Shown: positions 1 to 9,440 of the stretch, piece after piece
Layout: every line of letters begins with the position of its first letter
How positions within the stretch are numbered: the first letter of the stretch is position 1
Assembly: GCA_965215185.1 (NCBI GenBank)
Contig: OZ244034.1
Location: forward strand, 2,720,001 to 2,784,000
Length of the DNA stretch: 64,000 bases
Direction: 5' to 3'
Source: Acidimicrobiia bacterium
Lineage (GTDB): Bacteria > Actinomycetota > Acidimicrobiia > Spongiisociales > ZC4RG35
The notes under the pieces: generated by a model
What the model was told of the DNA's origin: nothing
The model's database searches: none
Seen by the model: only the letters and a program-made list of their open reading frames with translations
Translations under genes and position numbers: made by a program

Positions 1-894
1 TAGTTCTCCGATGGCTGCCACGCTGCCCAGGACGCCGCTGGTGTCCAGGGGCAGGAAGATCTTGGTGGCCTGGCCATTGGCGATCCCCTGCAGGGCCTCG
101 AGATAGCGGATGGCGATCAGGTCGGGAGTGGGGTCTCCGTTGTGGATGGCTGCGAACACTTTCTCGATCGCCTGGGCTTCGCCTTCTGCCACGGTGAGCA
201 ATTGGAACCGCTCGGCGGCGGCCACGGTCTGGATGGCTTGCGCCTCACCTTCGGCTTCCAGGATCCGGCTTGCTCTTACCCCTTCGGCCTTGAGGATTCG
301 GGAGCGCTTGTCGCCTTCGGCCTCGGTCACCACCGCTCTTCTCTCTCGTTCAGCTTTCATCTGGCGGTGCATGGACTGAGTCACATCGGCGGGAGGCTCG
401 ATCCGTTGGATCTCGACTCGTACCACCCGGGTTCCCCACTTGTCGGTGGCGTCATCGAGGATCTGACGCAGCTTGGTGTTGATCACCTCCCGGGAGGTGA
501 GAGCGGAATCGAGGTCCAAGTCGCCGACCACGTTCCTCAGGTTGGTTTGGGCCAGCTTGGTGACCGCCACGATGAAGCGGCCTACGTTGTATTTCAGCTT
601 GACAGGATCGGTGGGCTCGTAGTAGATCACCGCGTCCACGGTCACCGCTACGTTGTCCTTGGTGATTACTTCTTGGGGAGGTACGTCCACCACTTGTTCG
701 CGCATGTCGACCTTGGTTAGCCGCTTGACAAAAGGCATCACCCACCGGAGCCCGGAGTCGACCGTGTGCTGGTAGCGGCCGAAAAGTTCGATCAGGCCCT
801 TTTCGAATGGCCTGATCACCTTCAGTCCTGCCGCGGCGAACAAGATCAATGCCAAAGCCACTGCGGCGAATAGTCCGATAACCGCTATATCCAT
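1..894 (-). CDS. SPFH/band-7 (stomatin/paraslipin, QmcA-like) membrane protein, 3' end outside the window
   Basis: Not in the ORF track. Translated manually from ATG at 894 (RBS GAAAGGAAG): MDIAVIGLF...[31 protein letters not shown]...QMKAEREKRA, typical SPFH motifs. Downstream of nfeD. Confidence 0.92.
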   Translation of the reverse strand, partial: MDIAVIGLFAAVALALILFAAAGLKVIRPFEKGLIELFGRYQHTVDSGLRWVMPFVKRLTKVDMREQVVDVPPQEVITKDNVAVTVDAVIYYEPTDPVKLKYNVGRFIVAVTKLAQTNLRNVVGDLDLDSALTSREVINTKLRQILDDATDKWGTRVVRVEIQRIEPPADVTQSMHRQMKAERERRAVVTEAEGDKRSRILKAEGVRASRILEAEGEAQAIQTVAAAERFQLLTVAEGEAQAIEKVFAAIHNGDPTPDLIAIRYLEALQGIANGQATKIFLPLDTSGVLGSVAAIGEL

Positions 895-948
895 CAAGTC
901 ACTTCCTTTCCAATTCCTTGCTGTGCACGTATTGCATGTGCAAATGCT

Positions 949-1395
949 TCAAGACGTGGGAACTACTACCAGCTTGGTTCCTTCCACCCTGATCACCTCT
1001 ATGGTGTTGCCAGGGAGGATGTTCTCCTTGCCGAGTTCGACGGTGGCCCTCCACTCTTCGCCGGAGATTCGGACCATCCCGCGTCCGTTGATCTGATCGA
1101 TTTCTTCCAGGACCAGTCCGTTGGCGCCCTTCCATCGGTTGGCGCCCACCTGTGGCTGTCCGTTGTTGGAGTCCTGTTTCTTGATAAACCTGTGCAGGAA
1201 GGCCCAGGCCAGCAGAGAGACCCCGAAAAACACCAGCCATTGAGCCAGAGGGGATACGTTTAGCCAGGCTAAGATTGCGGCCGCGCCCGCGCCGATGACA
1301 AAGGGCAGCAGAAAGAACCCGGCGGTAACTACCTCGCCGATCCCCAGCAGGACGGCCATCCCCAACCAAAGCCATCGTATTAGCTCGTTGTCCAT
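949..1395 (-). CDS. NfeD family membrane protein
   Basis: Three TM segments followed by an OB-fold C-terminus (GMVRISGEEWRA...VEGTKLVV). Classic pairing with SPFH. Confidence 0.9.
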   Translation of the reverse strand: MDNELIRWLWLGMAVLLGIGEVVTAGFFLLPFVIGAGAAAILAWLNVSPLAQWLVFFGVSLLAWAFLHRFIKKQDSNNGQPQVGANRWKGANGLVLEEIDQINGRGMVRISGEEWRATVELGKENILPGNTIEVIRVEGTKLVVVPTS

Positions 1396-1575
1396 GTTCT
1401 CACTCCTTGTCCGTTCCCGGAGGGCGATCTTGACTCAGTTCCGGACTCATCCGGTTTGTTAACTCGGATGCCTAGTGACTTCAATACTAGGCTCGGTTTC
1501 CCGACTACATTCAGGTGGTTGGGGCATGGAAAGTATTACAACGGCGGAAAACTCGAAGGTGTGGTTGACTGCATA

Positions 1576-4221
1576 ATGACCAAGGGCGAGTACGTATTCA
1601 GCTTTGATGAGGCCGACCCCAGGGACAATGATCTGCTGGGAGGGAAGGGCGCTGGGTTGGCCCGGATGGTGGAGATGGGCTTGGCGGTCCCCCCGGGGTT
1701 TGTCATCACTACCGCCGCCTGTCGTTACTTCCTGGAAAAGGGCAAGGTCCCTGCTCACCTTTGGGCCCAAGTGGAAGAGGCTTTGGCCAGGGTCGAAGAA
1801 CAGACGGGGCGCCACTTGGGAGGGGTGGGAGGGCCCCCGCTTCTCCTGTCAGCCCGTTCGGGCGCCAAGATCTCCATGCCCGGAATGATGGACACGGTGC
1901 TCAACCTGGGCGCCAATCATGCGGTGGTATCAGAGTTGGCCCGATGGTCTGGCGACGCCCGCTTCGCTTGGGACGCGTACCGACGGTTGATTCAGACCTA
2001 CGGGGGGGTAGTGCTGGGCGCGGATCGCGATGATTTCGAAGAGGTGATGACCAGTCTCAGGGAACATAGGAATGTAGTCGAGGACTCCCGGCTTCCCACT
2101 TCCGATTTGGTGGAGGCAGTCCGCAGGTTTCGGATGCTGCTCGCCTCCCAGGATTGCGAGGTTCCGGTGGATCCCATGGAACAGGTCCGGACCTCCATTC
2201 TGGCGGTATTCGAGTCCTGGAATTCCCCGAGAGCACACAGCTATCGGCGCCTCAATGATATTCCGCATGATCTTGGAACGGCCTGCAACATCCAGATGAT
2301 GGTCTTCGGAAACCTGGGTGCCGACTCTGGCACGGGGGTGTATTTCACCCGCGACCCCGCGACCGGAAACAAGGAGATGTTCGGGGACTATCTGGCCAAC
2401 GCTCAGGGCGAGGATGTGGTGGCGGGCATTCGCCAGACATCTCCTATCGCTCACCTTGCCGAGGTCCAACCCGAATTGCATGCCGAATTGAGTGCCGTGG
2501 GCGAATCCCTGGAATCGGCCTATTCGGACATGTGTGACATCGAGTTCACCATCGAAAAGGGGAAACTGTGGATATTGCAGACCCGGGTTGGGAAACGGTC
2601 GGCGGCGGCCGCGGTCAGAGCGGCGGTGGAAATGGTCGAGGAGGGGCTGATCGACCGCGAAACCGCCTTGATGCGAGTGGAGCCCAGCCAATTGGAGCAA
2701 CTGCTCGTACCGGGCATCAACGAAGAGAAGTCTCCTCCGCCGGCTTTTTTCGGGCTGGAGGCTTCTCCGGGCGCCGCGGTGGGTCGCGCGGTGTTCAATG
2801 TCCCCCGGGCAGTGGAGATGGCGGGTCAGGAAATACCGGTGATACTGGTGCGCTGGGAGACCACCCCCGACGACATAGACGGGCTGTTCGCCTCCGAAGG
2901 CATTCTGACCAGCCACGGCGGCAAGACCAGTCATGCGGCAGTGGTGGCCCGCGCCATGGGGACTCCGGCCGTTACCGGCGCCTCCGAGATGTGGATCAAC
3001 GCCGAGGAAGGATTCTTCACCGCGCCGGGAGGTCAACGGGTGCAAGAGGGGGATATGATCGCCATCGACGGCACCACCGGGCGGGTGTTTATCGGCGAAG
3101 TCGAGTTGGTGGCGCCTTCTTCCCCCGATGAGTTGACGACTTTGCTGGAATGGGCCGATGAGACGCGCCGTTTGGGTATCTGGGCCAACGCCGATACCGG
3201 CAAGGATGCAGCCCGGGCCGCGGAGTTGGGCGCCGAAGGCATCGGCCTGGCGCGCACCGAGCACATGTTCATGGGTGACCGGTTGCCGGTGGTGCGCCGC
3301 ATCATCATGGAGGAAGATCGCATAGAGGCTCTGGAACAACTGGAGGAGTTGCAGGCCGATGACTTCACCGCCCTATTGGAGGCGATGGACGGCAAGCCGG
3401 TGGTGGTTCGCCTACTCGATCCCCCTCTTCATGAGTTTCTGCCTGACCGTTGGGATCTTCGCGATCAATACGATGAACTGAAGAAGGAGGGAAAGCCCAC
3501 GGCCGAGGTGGAGCGGATGATTGATGTGGTCCGCAGTTGGGAGGAGACCAACCCGATGCTGGGATTGCGGGGAGTTCGCCTGGGACTGATTCGTCCTTCG
3601 CTCTACCGCGTGCAAATCCGAGCGGCCCTGCGGGCCATCCGTCGTCGTTTGGAGGCAGGAGGAGACCCGCATCTGGAGATAATGGTCCCCTTGGTGGTGG
3701 ATCCGGAGGAGATGGTACGCGTGGCGGTGATGCTTGCCGAAGAGCAGGCCGCCTATGGTGTGGATCGGAAGGTCAAGTTGGGCAACATGGTGGAGATTCC
3801 CCGCGCCGCCCTGCTGGCCGGTGAACTGGCCCGTATTTCCGAGTTCTTCTCCTTCGGCACCAACGATCTCACGCAAACCACTTTCGGTTTGAGCCGGGAC
3901 GATGCCGAGGTACGTTTCCTCAACACTTACCTGGCTGACGGTGTCCTGTCCCACAATCCTTTCCAGTCGCTGGACGAAAAAGGCGTGGGGCAATTGGTGA
4001 AATGGGCCACCGAACGGGGCAAAGCTGTCCGGCCGGACCTGTCGGTGGGATTGTGCGGGGAACACGGGGGCGACCCGGCCAGCATCGACTTTTGCCATCG
4101 AGTGGGTCTCGATTACGTGTCGATGAGTCCTCCCCGGATCCCTGGCGCGCGACTCGCGGCTGCTCAAGCAGCCATTCGCAACGGCGACGGCTTGAGTATC
4201 GGGGTCACGACAGATGGCTGA
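1576..4221 (+). CDS. ppdK: Pyruvate, phosphate dikinase
   Basis: LGGKGAGL, SMPGMMDTVLNLG, GGKTSHAAVVAR phospho-His motif, RTEHMF, FGTNDLTQ, CGEHGGDP. Start taken at ATG 1576. Confidence 0.97.
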   Translation: MTKGEYVFSFDEADPRDNDLLGGKGAGLARMVEMGLAVPPGFVITTAACRYFLEKGKVPAHLWAQVEEALARVEEQTGRHLGGVGGPPLLLSARSGAKISMPGMMDTVLNLGANHAVVSELARWSGDARFAWDAYRRLIQTYGGVVLGADRDDFEEVMTSLREHRNVVEDSRLPTSDLVEAVRRFRMLLASQDCEVPVDPMEQVRTSILAVFESWNSPRAHSYRRLNDIPHDLGTACNIQMMVFGNLGADSGTGVYFTRDPATGNKEMFGDYLANAQGEDVVAGIRQTSPIAHLAEVQPELHAELSAVGESLESAYSDMCDIEFTIEKGKLWILQTRVGKRSAAAAVRAAVEMVEEGLIDRETALMRVEPSQLEQLLVPGINEEKSPPPAFFGLEASPGAAVGRAVFNVPRAVEMAGQEIPVILVRWETTPDDIDGLFASEGILTSHGGKTSHAAVVARAMGTPAVTGASEMWINAEEGFFTAPGGQRVQEGDMIAIDGTTGRVFIGEVELVAPSSPDELTTLLEWADETRRLGIWANADTGKDAARAAELGAEGIGLARTEHMFMGDRLPVVRRIIMEEDRIEALEQLEELQADDFTALLEAMDGKPVVVRLLDPPLHEFLPDRWDLRDQYDELKKEGKPTAEVERMIDVVRSWEETNPMLGLRGVRLGLIRPSLYRVQIRAALRAIRRRLEAGGDPHLEIMVPLVVDPEEMVRVAVMLAEEQAAYGVDRKVKLGNMVEIPRAALLAGELARISEFFSFGTNDLTQTTFGLSRDDAEVRFLNTYLADGVLSHNPFQSLDEKGVGQLVKWATERGKAVRPDLSVGLCGEHGGDPASIDFCHRVGLDYVSMSPPRIPGARLAAAQAAIRNGDGLSIGVTTDG

Positions 4222-4654
4222 AGTCCGACTCACGCCCGGAGGCGCGCCCCAGACGGTGTTGCCACCGCTGCCATCAGAAGTGGTGGCAACCTTAGATACT
4301 GCCGGTGGCAACCGAGAAACATTGGTCGAAGTTGCGGCTGCTCATCCCGAACTGCCTGACGTATGGGCCGCTTTGGGGAAGCTTTGCGAATTGCAGGCAA
4401 GTTCCCTGACCGGTTACGTGGAGTCTTACGCCTATTACAGGATCGGCTACCACCGCGGCTTGGACGCCCTTCGACAGAACGGGTGGCGTGGATCGGGATA
4501 CGTGCGTTGGTCCCACACTTCCAACCGTGGGTTCTTGGCCAGTCTGGACGGGTTGAGACGAATGGCCGAAGCGATCGGGGAGGTCTCCGAGGCCGAACGT
4601 TGCGCGGAGTTTCTGAGGATGCTCGACCCTTCTTATCGCCCGGAGTCTGAGTAG
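4214..4654 (+). CDS. DUF3151 family protein
   Basis: YAYYRIGYHRGLDALRQNGWRGSGYVRWSH..NRGFL signature. Confidence 0.88.
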   Translation: MAEVRLTPGGAPQTVLPPLPSEVVATLDTAGGNRETLVEVAAAHPELPDVWAALGKLCELQASSLTGYVESYAYYRIGYHRGLDALRQNGWRGSGYVRWSHTSNRGFLASLDGLRRMAEAIGEVSEAERCAEFLRMLDPSYRPESE

Positions 4655-4669
4655 TCATCAGGTAAATTG

Positions 4670-5002
4670 TTAGGGGTTTGCTTCTCCCACTAAACGGGCT
4701 CTTCGGAAACGAGCTCCGGCGATGATCCGGGCGTTGTCGTAAGAGATCTCTCCTCTTCGCAAACCCTCCGAGGCGTGTGGCAATTCCTTGACTTCCACTG
4801 CGGTGTCCACTTCCGATCGAGCCCGCCGCCGCGACAGCAGACCATCTTCTCGCAACACCGTTTCCACCAACTCGGTTCCTCCCCTACGGCGCAACTCCAT
4901 TAGGGCTTCCGCCAGGACCGCCGCGGCCTGATTCTCCGCATGAATGGTGGATTGCACCCGCTCCCGCAGCTGTCCCGCACTGGCTTCTGACAACGGCAAC
5001 AT
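4670..5002 (-). pseudogene. N-terminal fragment of a DUF222/HNH endonuclease (13E12-repeat-like) protein
   Basis: LSRRRARSEVDTA..LP...EGLRRGEISYDNARIIA resembles the DUF222 N-terminus. The ORF ends after about 110 aa with no HNH domain. Confidence 0.65.
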
Positions 5003-5147
5003 GGAAGCCAACAACCGCGCCTCGTTGACCGCCTGTCCGTTAATGGCACGTTCCTTGCATGTCCCCCAAGATGTCAAAGGGGCGTGACCAATACTGTCAA
5101 CCATCCCTAAGTTGTGAAAATACTCCCTAAAGAGGCGCCACGGTAGA

Positions 5148-5642
5148 TCAGGACAGATCGAACCAACCGGGCGCTGCCATCCGGTCGAGGTCGGCTAGGC
5201 CGATGGGGAACACCGTGGTCGGTGTGCCTGCCGCCGCCCACACGAGATCATGGCGACGGAGGGCTCGGTCGGCGAAGACCCGCAGCGGTTGGGCGTGACC
5301 GAAGGGCGGCGTTCCCCCGGCGGCGAACCCCGTTGCTTCCTTAACCCGGTCGAGCGAGGCCCGGAGGGCTCTCTGCCCTCCCGCCGCCTCGGCCAGCTTC
5401 ACCGGCTGTAGTCGTCGATCACCGGGCAGCAGCGCCAACACGGTTTCGCCATCCACCTCGAACACCAAGGACTTGACAATCTCGCTCGGTTGGCATCCCA
5501 CCGCCCGGGCGGCGCTGACCGCGGTTTTGGTTCCGGCGGGAAAGATCCGGATATCGGCCGAAACGTCCACACCTTCACACTTTGCCAGCCATCGCCTGGT
5601 GGCAGCGGGAAGGCCGGTTGGGTCGGGCATCCTTTCATACAT
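5148..5642 (-). CDS. YbaK/EbsC aminoacyl-tRNA deacylase family protein
   Basis: IVKSLVF, TGFAAGGTPPFGH, VWAAAGTP. Start may be ATG 5630. Confidence 0.92.
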   Translation of the reverse strand: MYERMPDPTGLPAATRRWLAKCEGVDVSADIRIFPAGTKTAVSAARAVGCQPSEIVKSLVFEVDGETVLALLPGDRRLQPVKLAEAAGGQRALRASLDRVKEATGFAAGGTPPFGHAQPLRVFADRALRRHDLVWAAAGTPTTVFPIGLADLDRMAAPGWFDLS

Positions 5643-5707
5643 TATCGGGTCGGGGAGCAGGGGTATTCTCGGCGTGGTTCATAGGCTCGGCGTCGAAAGG
5701 AGCACCG

Positions 5708-6163
5708 GTGAGACGAACTATTGAGCATGTCAGGGAATTTGCCGCGGCCGACCAAGGACTGGCTATTGTCTCCTTTGCCCGAGGAAACGGGACGGTGCAC
5801 TCCACCCTGATCAACGCCGGAGTGATGGCTCATCCCGTCACTGGTGAGGAGGTGGTGGCGTTGGTGGTACGGGGCGGCACCGTGAAACTGGCGCATTGGC
5901 GACGTTCCCCACTGGCCACCATCGTGTTCAGGGCGGGATGGTCATGGATTGGTGTGGAAGGCACAGTAACCCAGGTGGGCCCCGACGATCCAATGGAGGG
6001 TTTCGATCTGACCCATTTGCCCGAAGCGCTGCGGGCGGTGTTCACCGCGGCCGGCGGTACTCATTCCGACTGGGAGGAATATGATCGGGTGATGGCCGCT
6101 GAGCGTCGAGCCGCCGTGTTTATTCATCCCGTCAAGATAAGAGGAACGAACCTGTGGAGATAG
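5708..6163 (+). CDS. PPOX-class F420-dependent oxidoreductase
   Basis: RGNGTVHSTLINAG...FTAAGGTHSDWEEYDRVMAAERRAAV. GTG 5708 follows AAAGGAG. Confidence 0.85.
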   Translation: MRRTIEHVREFAAADQGLAIVSFARGNGTVHSTLINAGVMAHPVTGEEVVALVVRGGTVKLAHWRRSPLATIVFRAGWSWIGVEGTVTQVGPDDPMEGFDLTHLPEALRAVFTAAGGTHSDWEEYDRVMAAERRAAVFIHPVKIRGTNLWR

Positions 6164-6232
6164 GCCGACGGGTGAACTGATTCTCCGCAATGGAGCGGGG
6201 GCTGCCTAGCGGGGCCGCTACGTTGAGGGTTG

Positions 6233-6808
6233 ATGTCAAGGTTTGTATCCGGTCGGGAGCGTCGCCTGTGGCTGTGGACATTGGCCGTTGTGGTGGCGAT
6301 CTACTCGACGCTCGGCCTTGCGGGAATGGTGGCCGGGGCGCTGGGCGACGACGACCTGGCAGCGGTCTTCTTTGTGCTCGGCATGCTTCTGGTCGGGGCG
6401 ACCGTCGTGACGCAGGGGCTAAAGGCACGACCGGGCGGGGCCGAGATAGGTGTCGCCTTGGGCGTGGCGGTCGTTTATCTCATGGTGCTCTTTCGGATGA
6501 CCATCCCAGAACGCAGCCACCTCATCGAGTATGGAGTGGTGGCCGTCTTCATCTATGAAGCGCTTGCGGAACGAGCGGCCCAGGGGCGCCGTGTTCCCGT
6601 CCCTGCTGTGCTGGCGGTCTTGGCGACTTCCCTGGTGGGAATGCTCGATGAATGCATCCAATTGTTTCTGCCCAACCGCGTTTTCGACCCCCTCGATATG
6701 GTTTTCAATTTTCTGGCCGCAGCAATGGTGATCACTGCGCGGTGGACTCTGGAATGGGTGCGGCGTCGAAGTCGCTCCATCCCGCCCAAGTCAAGGCCCA
6801 AAACATAG
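6233..6808 (+). CDS. VanZ family membrane protein
   Basis: ERSHLIEYG and DECIQLFLPNRVFDPLDMVFN motifs. Confidence 0.85.
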   Translation: MSRFVSGRERRLWLWTLAVVVAIYSTLGLAGMVAGALGDDDLAAVFFVLGMLLVGATVVTQGLKARPGGAEIGVALGVAVVYLMVLFRMTIPERSHLIEYGVVAVFIYEALAERAAQGRRVPVPAVLAVLATSLVGMLDECIQLFLPNRVFDPLDMVFNFLAAAMVITARWTLEWVRRRSRSIPPKSRPKT

Positions 6809-6863
6809 CTCTAGCCCCGATGCAGGGGATGTGTGGTCTCCACAGTTGATACCCTGGCAGGCT

Positions 6864-7640
6864 ATGGGGACCCGTCTGGACTCTCAACGAGCGGCAGTAA
6901 CCGCGGGCGCCGGCGGGTTGGGACTGGTGGTGGCCACGGCTTTGGCCGAAGCGGGGGCCAAGACATTCGTATGTGACATCGACCAAGCTGCCTTGGAGGC
7001 GCTCCCCAGCCACATCGAGGGGACCAGGGTGGATGTGGCCGATCCCGACGCGGTTGCCCTCTGGCTCGACCCCATTGCGGCGGAGGGAATCGACATCCTG
7101 GTCAACAATGCCGGTTCGGCGGGACCCACCGCTGCGGTGGAGGACATCGATCCCGGGGAGTGGCGAAGGTGTGTGGAGGTATGTCTGTCGGGGCAGTTCT
7201 ACTGCACCCGGCGGGTTGTCCCCGCCATGAAAGCGCGGGGTGGTGGAGTGATTATCAACATAACCTCCACTGCCGGGTTGATGGGCATGCCAAATCGCGC
7301 CCCATACGTGGCCGCCAAGTTCGGGGTTGTCGGGTTGACCAAGACGCTGGCGATGGAGTTGGGTCGGGACAACATCCGAGTAAACGCTATCTCTCCCGGA
7401 TCGATCACCGGTGAGCGGATGGAGCGGGTTATTTCAGCCCACTCCGCTGCCGAAGGGATACCTGTCGAGACGGCCAGGTCCCTGTACGTGGAGGGCACAT
7501 CGATGGCCACCTTCGTCTCCCCGCAAGAGGTTGCCGACCTGGTGCTTTACCTGGCCAGCCCTTCCGGTCGCCACATCAGCGGCCAGGTGATTTCCGTGGA
7601 CGGTCACACTGAGACTCTCCATCCCCGACCACTTGGCTGA
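6864..7640 (+). CDS. Short-chain dehydrogenase/reductase
   Basis: TAGAGGLG, NNAG, YVAAK, NAISPG. Confidence 0.93.
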   Translation: MGTRLDSQRAAVTAGAGGLGLVVATALAEAGAKTFVCDIDQAALEALPSHIEGTRVDVADPDAVALWLDPIAAEGIDILVNNAGSAGPTAAVEDIDPGEWRRCVEVCLSGQFYCTRRVVPAMKARGGGVIINITSTAGLMGMPNRAPYVAAKFGVVGLTKTLAMELGRDNIRVNAISPGSITGERMERVISAHSAAEGIPVETARSLYVEGTSMATFVSPQEVADLVLYLASPSGRHISGQVISVDGHTETLHPRPLG

Positions 7641-7661
7641 GGGACGTACCTAATCGTGCTT

Positions 7662-9440
7662 TCACGTCGGGAGTTCTGAGTTCTCCCACGTGCGGACGAG
7701 TTCGGCGAACGGTCCTTTCCCATCGGCTAACTCTTGGTACGTCCCGTCTTCCACCACCCGGCCGTCTTCCATCACCAAGACCCGGTCGGCCCGCCGCGCG
7801 GTCCGCAGCCGATGAGCCACCACGATGGAGGTGCGTTTCGCCAGCAGAGTCTCCAGCGCGGTTTCGATTTGGCTTTCCGTGCCGGGATCGAGGTTGGAGG
7901 TCGCCTCGTCCAAGATGACTATCGCCGGGTCGACCGCCAGGGCCCGCGTCAAGGCCACTAGTTGACGCTCTCCCGAGGAGAGACGGTTCCCTCGTTCGCG
8001 CATAAGAGTGTCCATCCCTTCCGGCAGGCTCTCTACCCACTCGGTGATTCCTACCGCCCGGCATGCTTCCCACAGTTCTTGGTCGCTCATCCCCTCCCGC
8101 CCGAAAGAGAGGTTGAAGCGCAGGGAGTCTTCGAACAGAAATCCCTCTTGGGGGACCAGCGCCACCGCCCGGCGCAGATCTGCGAAGCTGAGGTTTCGTA
8201 GATCGATCCCGTCCAATGTCACAGTGCCGGCTTGCGGATCATAGAAGCGAGCGATAAGCCTCACCAGGGTGCTCTTCCCCGACCCGGTTGAGCCCACCAC
8301 CGCCACCCGCTGGCCGGCGGGGATCGACAGGTTCATATCAGAGAGCACCGGAGTGTCGTTGTCATATCCGAAGGTCAGCCCGATTACCGAAATCTCCCCA
8401 TCCACCTTGGGAGCAAGCGGAGTCGTCTCTTGGGCTTCTCGAATGGCCGGTTCCTCGTCTATCAGCCCATACAGCTTGTATAGAGCAGCCAAAGCGCCCT
8501 GCAAGAGGTTGTAGACGTTGGCGAGTTGCACGATAGGCTCGAAGAACCAGTTGAGATAGAGCAGAAAGGCGATCATCGACCCGAGGCTCATCTCCCCGTC
8601 CAGTACTCGGCTCCCCCCCACGTACAGAACCAGCGCCAGCCCAGCGGCGCGGAGCAAGTCGACTCCGGGAAAGTAGGTTACGACGGTCTTGGCCGCAGCC
8701 ATCCCTCTCTTGTAGAACTCTTCGTCAACCTCGGAGAAGCGTTCTTCTTGGCGCTGCTCCTGAGCGTTGGCTTGGACTTCTCTCACGCCGGAGATGTTTT
8801 CGGATAAAGCGGCCAGGACCTTCCCCACTTGGCCTCGCCATTTACGGTAGGCCCGGCCGGAATCGCGGCCGAAACGATAGGAAAGGCCTAGCAGGAAGGG
8901 CATGAGCAGCATTACCAGAGTGGCCAGGGAAGGGTCGACCACGAACAGGGCTATCGACACCCCCATCACCATCATGCTGCTTCCCACCACCTGGATGGCG
9001 CCCTCGGCGGCGAAGACCTGCAGGGACTCGATATCGGAAGTGAGCCTCGCCACCAAAACCCCCGTTTTGGTCCTTCCGAAGAAGGCCATGTCCATCCCCA
9101 GTACATGGGTGAAGACCCGGTTCCGCAGATCCATCATGAAACGCTCGCCCATCCAGGCAACGGTGTAGAGGGTGACTCTCGTCGCCGCGTATTGCGCCAC
9201 CACGATGGCAACGAAAACCAGGGCCGCGTTGGCGATAACCGAGGTGTTCTGGGGAACGATGCCCCGGTCAACTGCTTCCCGGATCACCATGGGACCCGCC
9301 ACCTTGGACATGGTGGAAACCAGGGCCGCCACTGCAGCGCCCAAGGCCGGTAGAGCCATATACCTAACCGAGCCTGCCGCGCGGCGCATCAGGTTCAACC
9401 GGTCAGGGATCGGATCGTCGGTTCCGTAGCGGGCGTACAT
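7662..9440 (-). CDS. ABC exporter, fused permease/ATPase (heterodimer partner 2)
   Basis: TM domain, GSTGSGKS, LSSGERQ, ILDEAT. ATG 9440 overlaps the upstream TAA (TAATG coupling). Confidence 0.93.
   Translation of the reverse strand: MYARYGTDDPIPDRLNLMRRAAGSVRYMALPALGAAVAALVSTMSKVAGPMVIREAVDRGIVPQNTSVIANAALVFVAIVVAQYAATRVTLYTVAWMGERFMMDLRNRVFTHVLGMDMAFFGRTKTGVLVARLTSDIESLQVFAAEGAIQVVGSSMMVMGVSIALFVVDPSLATLVMLLMPFLLGLSYRFGRDSGRAYRKWRGQVGKVLAALSENISGVREVQANAQEQRQEERFSEVDEEFYKRGMAAAKTVVTYFPGVDLLRAAGLALVLYVGGSRVLDGEMSLGSMIAFLLYLNWFFEPIVQLANVYNLLQGALAALYKLYGLIDEEPAIREAQETTPLAPKVDGEISVIGLTFGYDNDTPVLSDMNLSIPAGQRVAVVGSTGSGKSTLVRLIARFYDPQAGTVTLDGIDLRNLSFADLRRAVALVPQEGFLFEDSLRFNLSFGREGMSDQELWEACRAVGITEWVESLPEGMDTLMRERGNRLSSGERQLVALTRALAVDPAIVILDEATSNLDPGTESQIETALETLLAKRTSIVVAHRLRTARRADRVLVMEDGRVVEDGTYQELADGKGPFAELVRTWENSELPT

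Noticed and set aside
1930-3339. Long antisense ORFs (469 aa here; also 12357-13526, 45930-46988, 10008-11171 and others)
   Set aside because: Shadow or alternative-frame ORFs of well-supported genes, expected at high GC. They carry no motifs.
5110-5130. Rex-like TTGTGAA half-sites (also near 22424 and 30575)
   Set aside because: Only one half of TTGTGAA-N4-TTCACAA matches in each case, which is insufficient.
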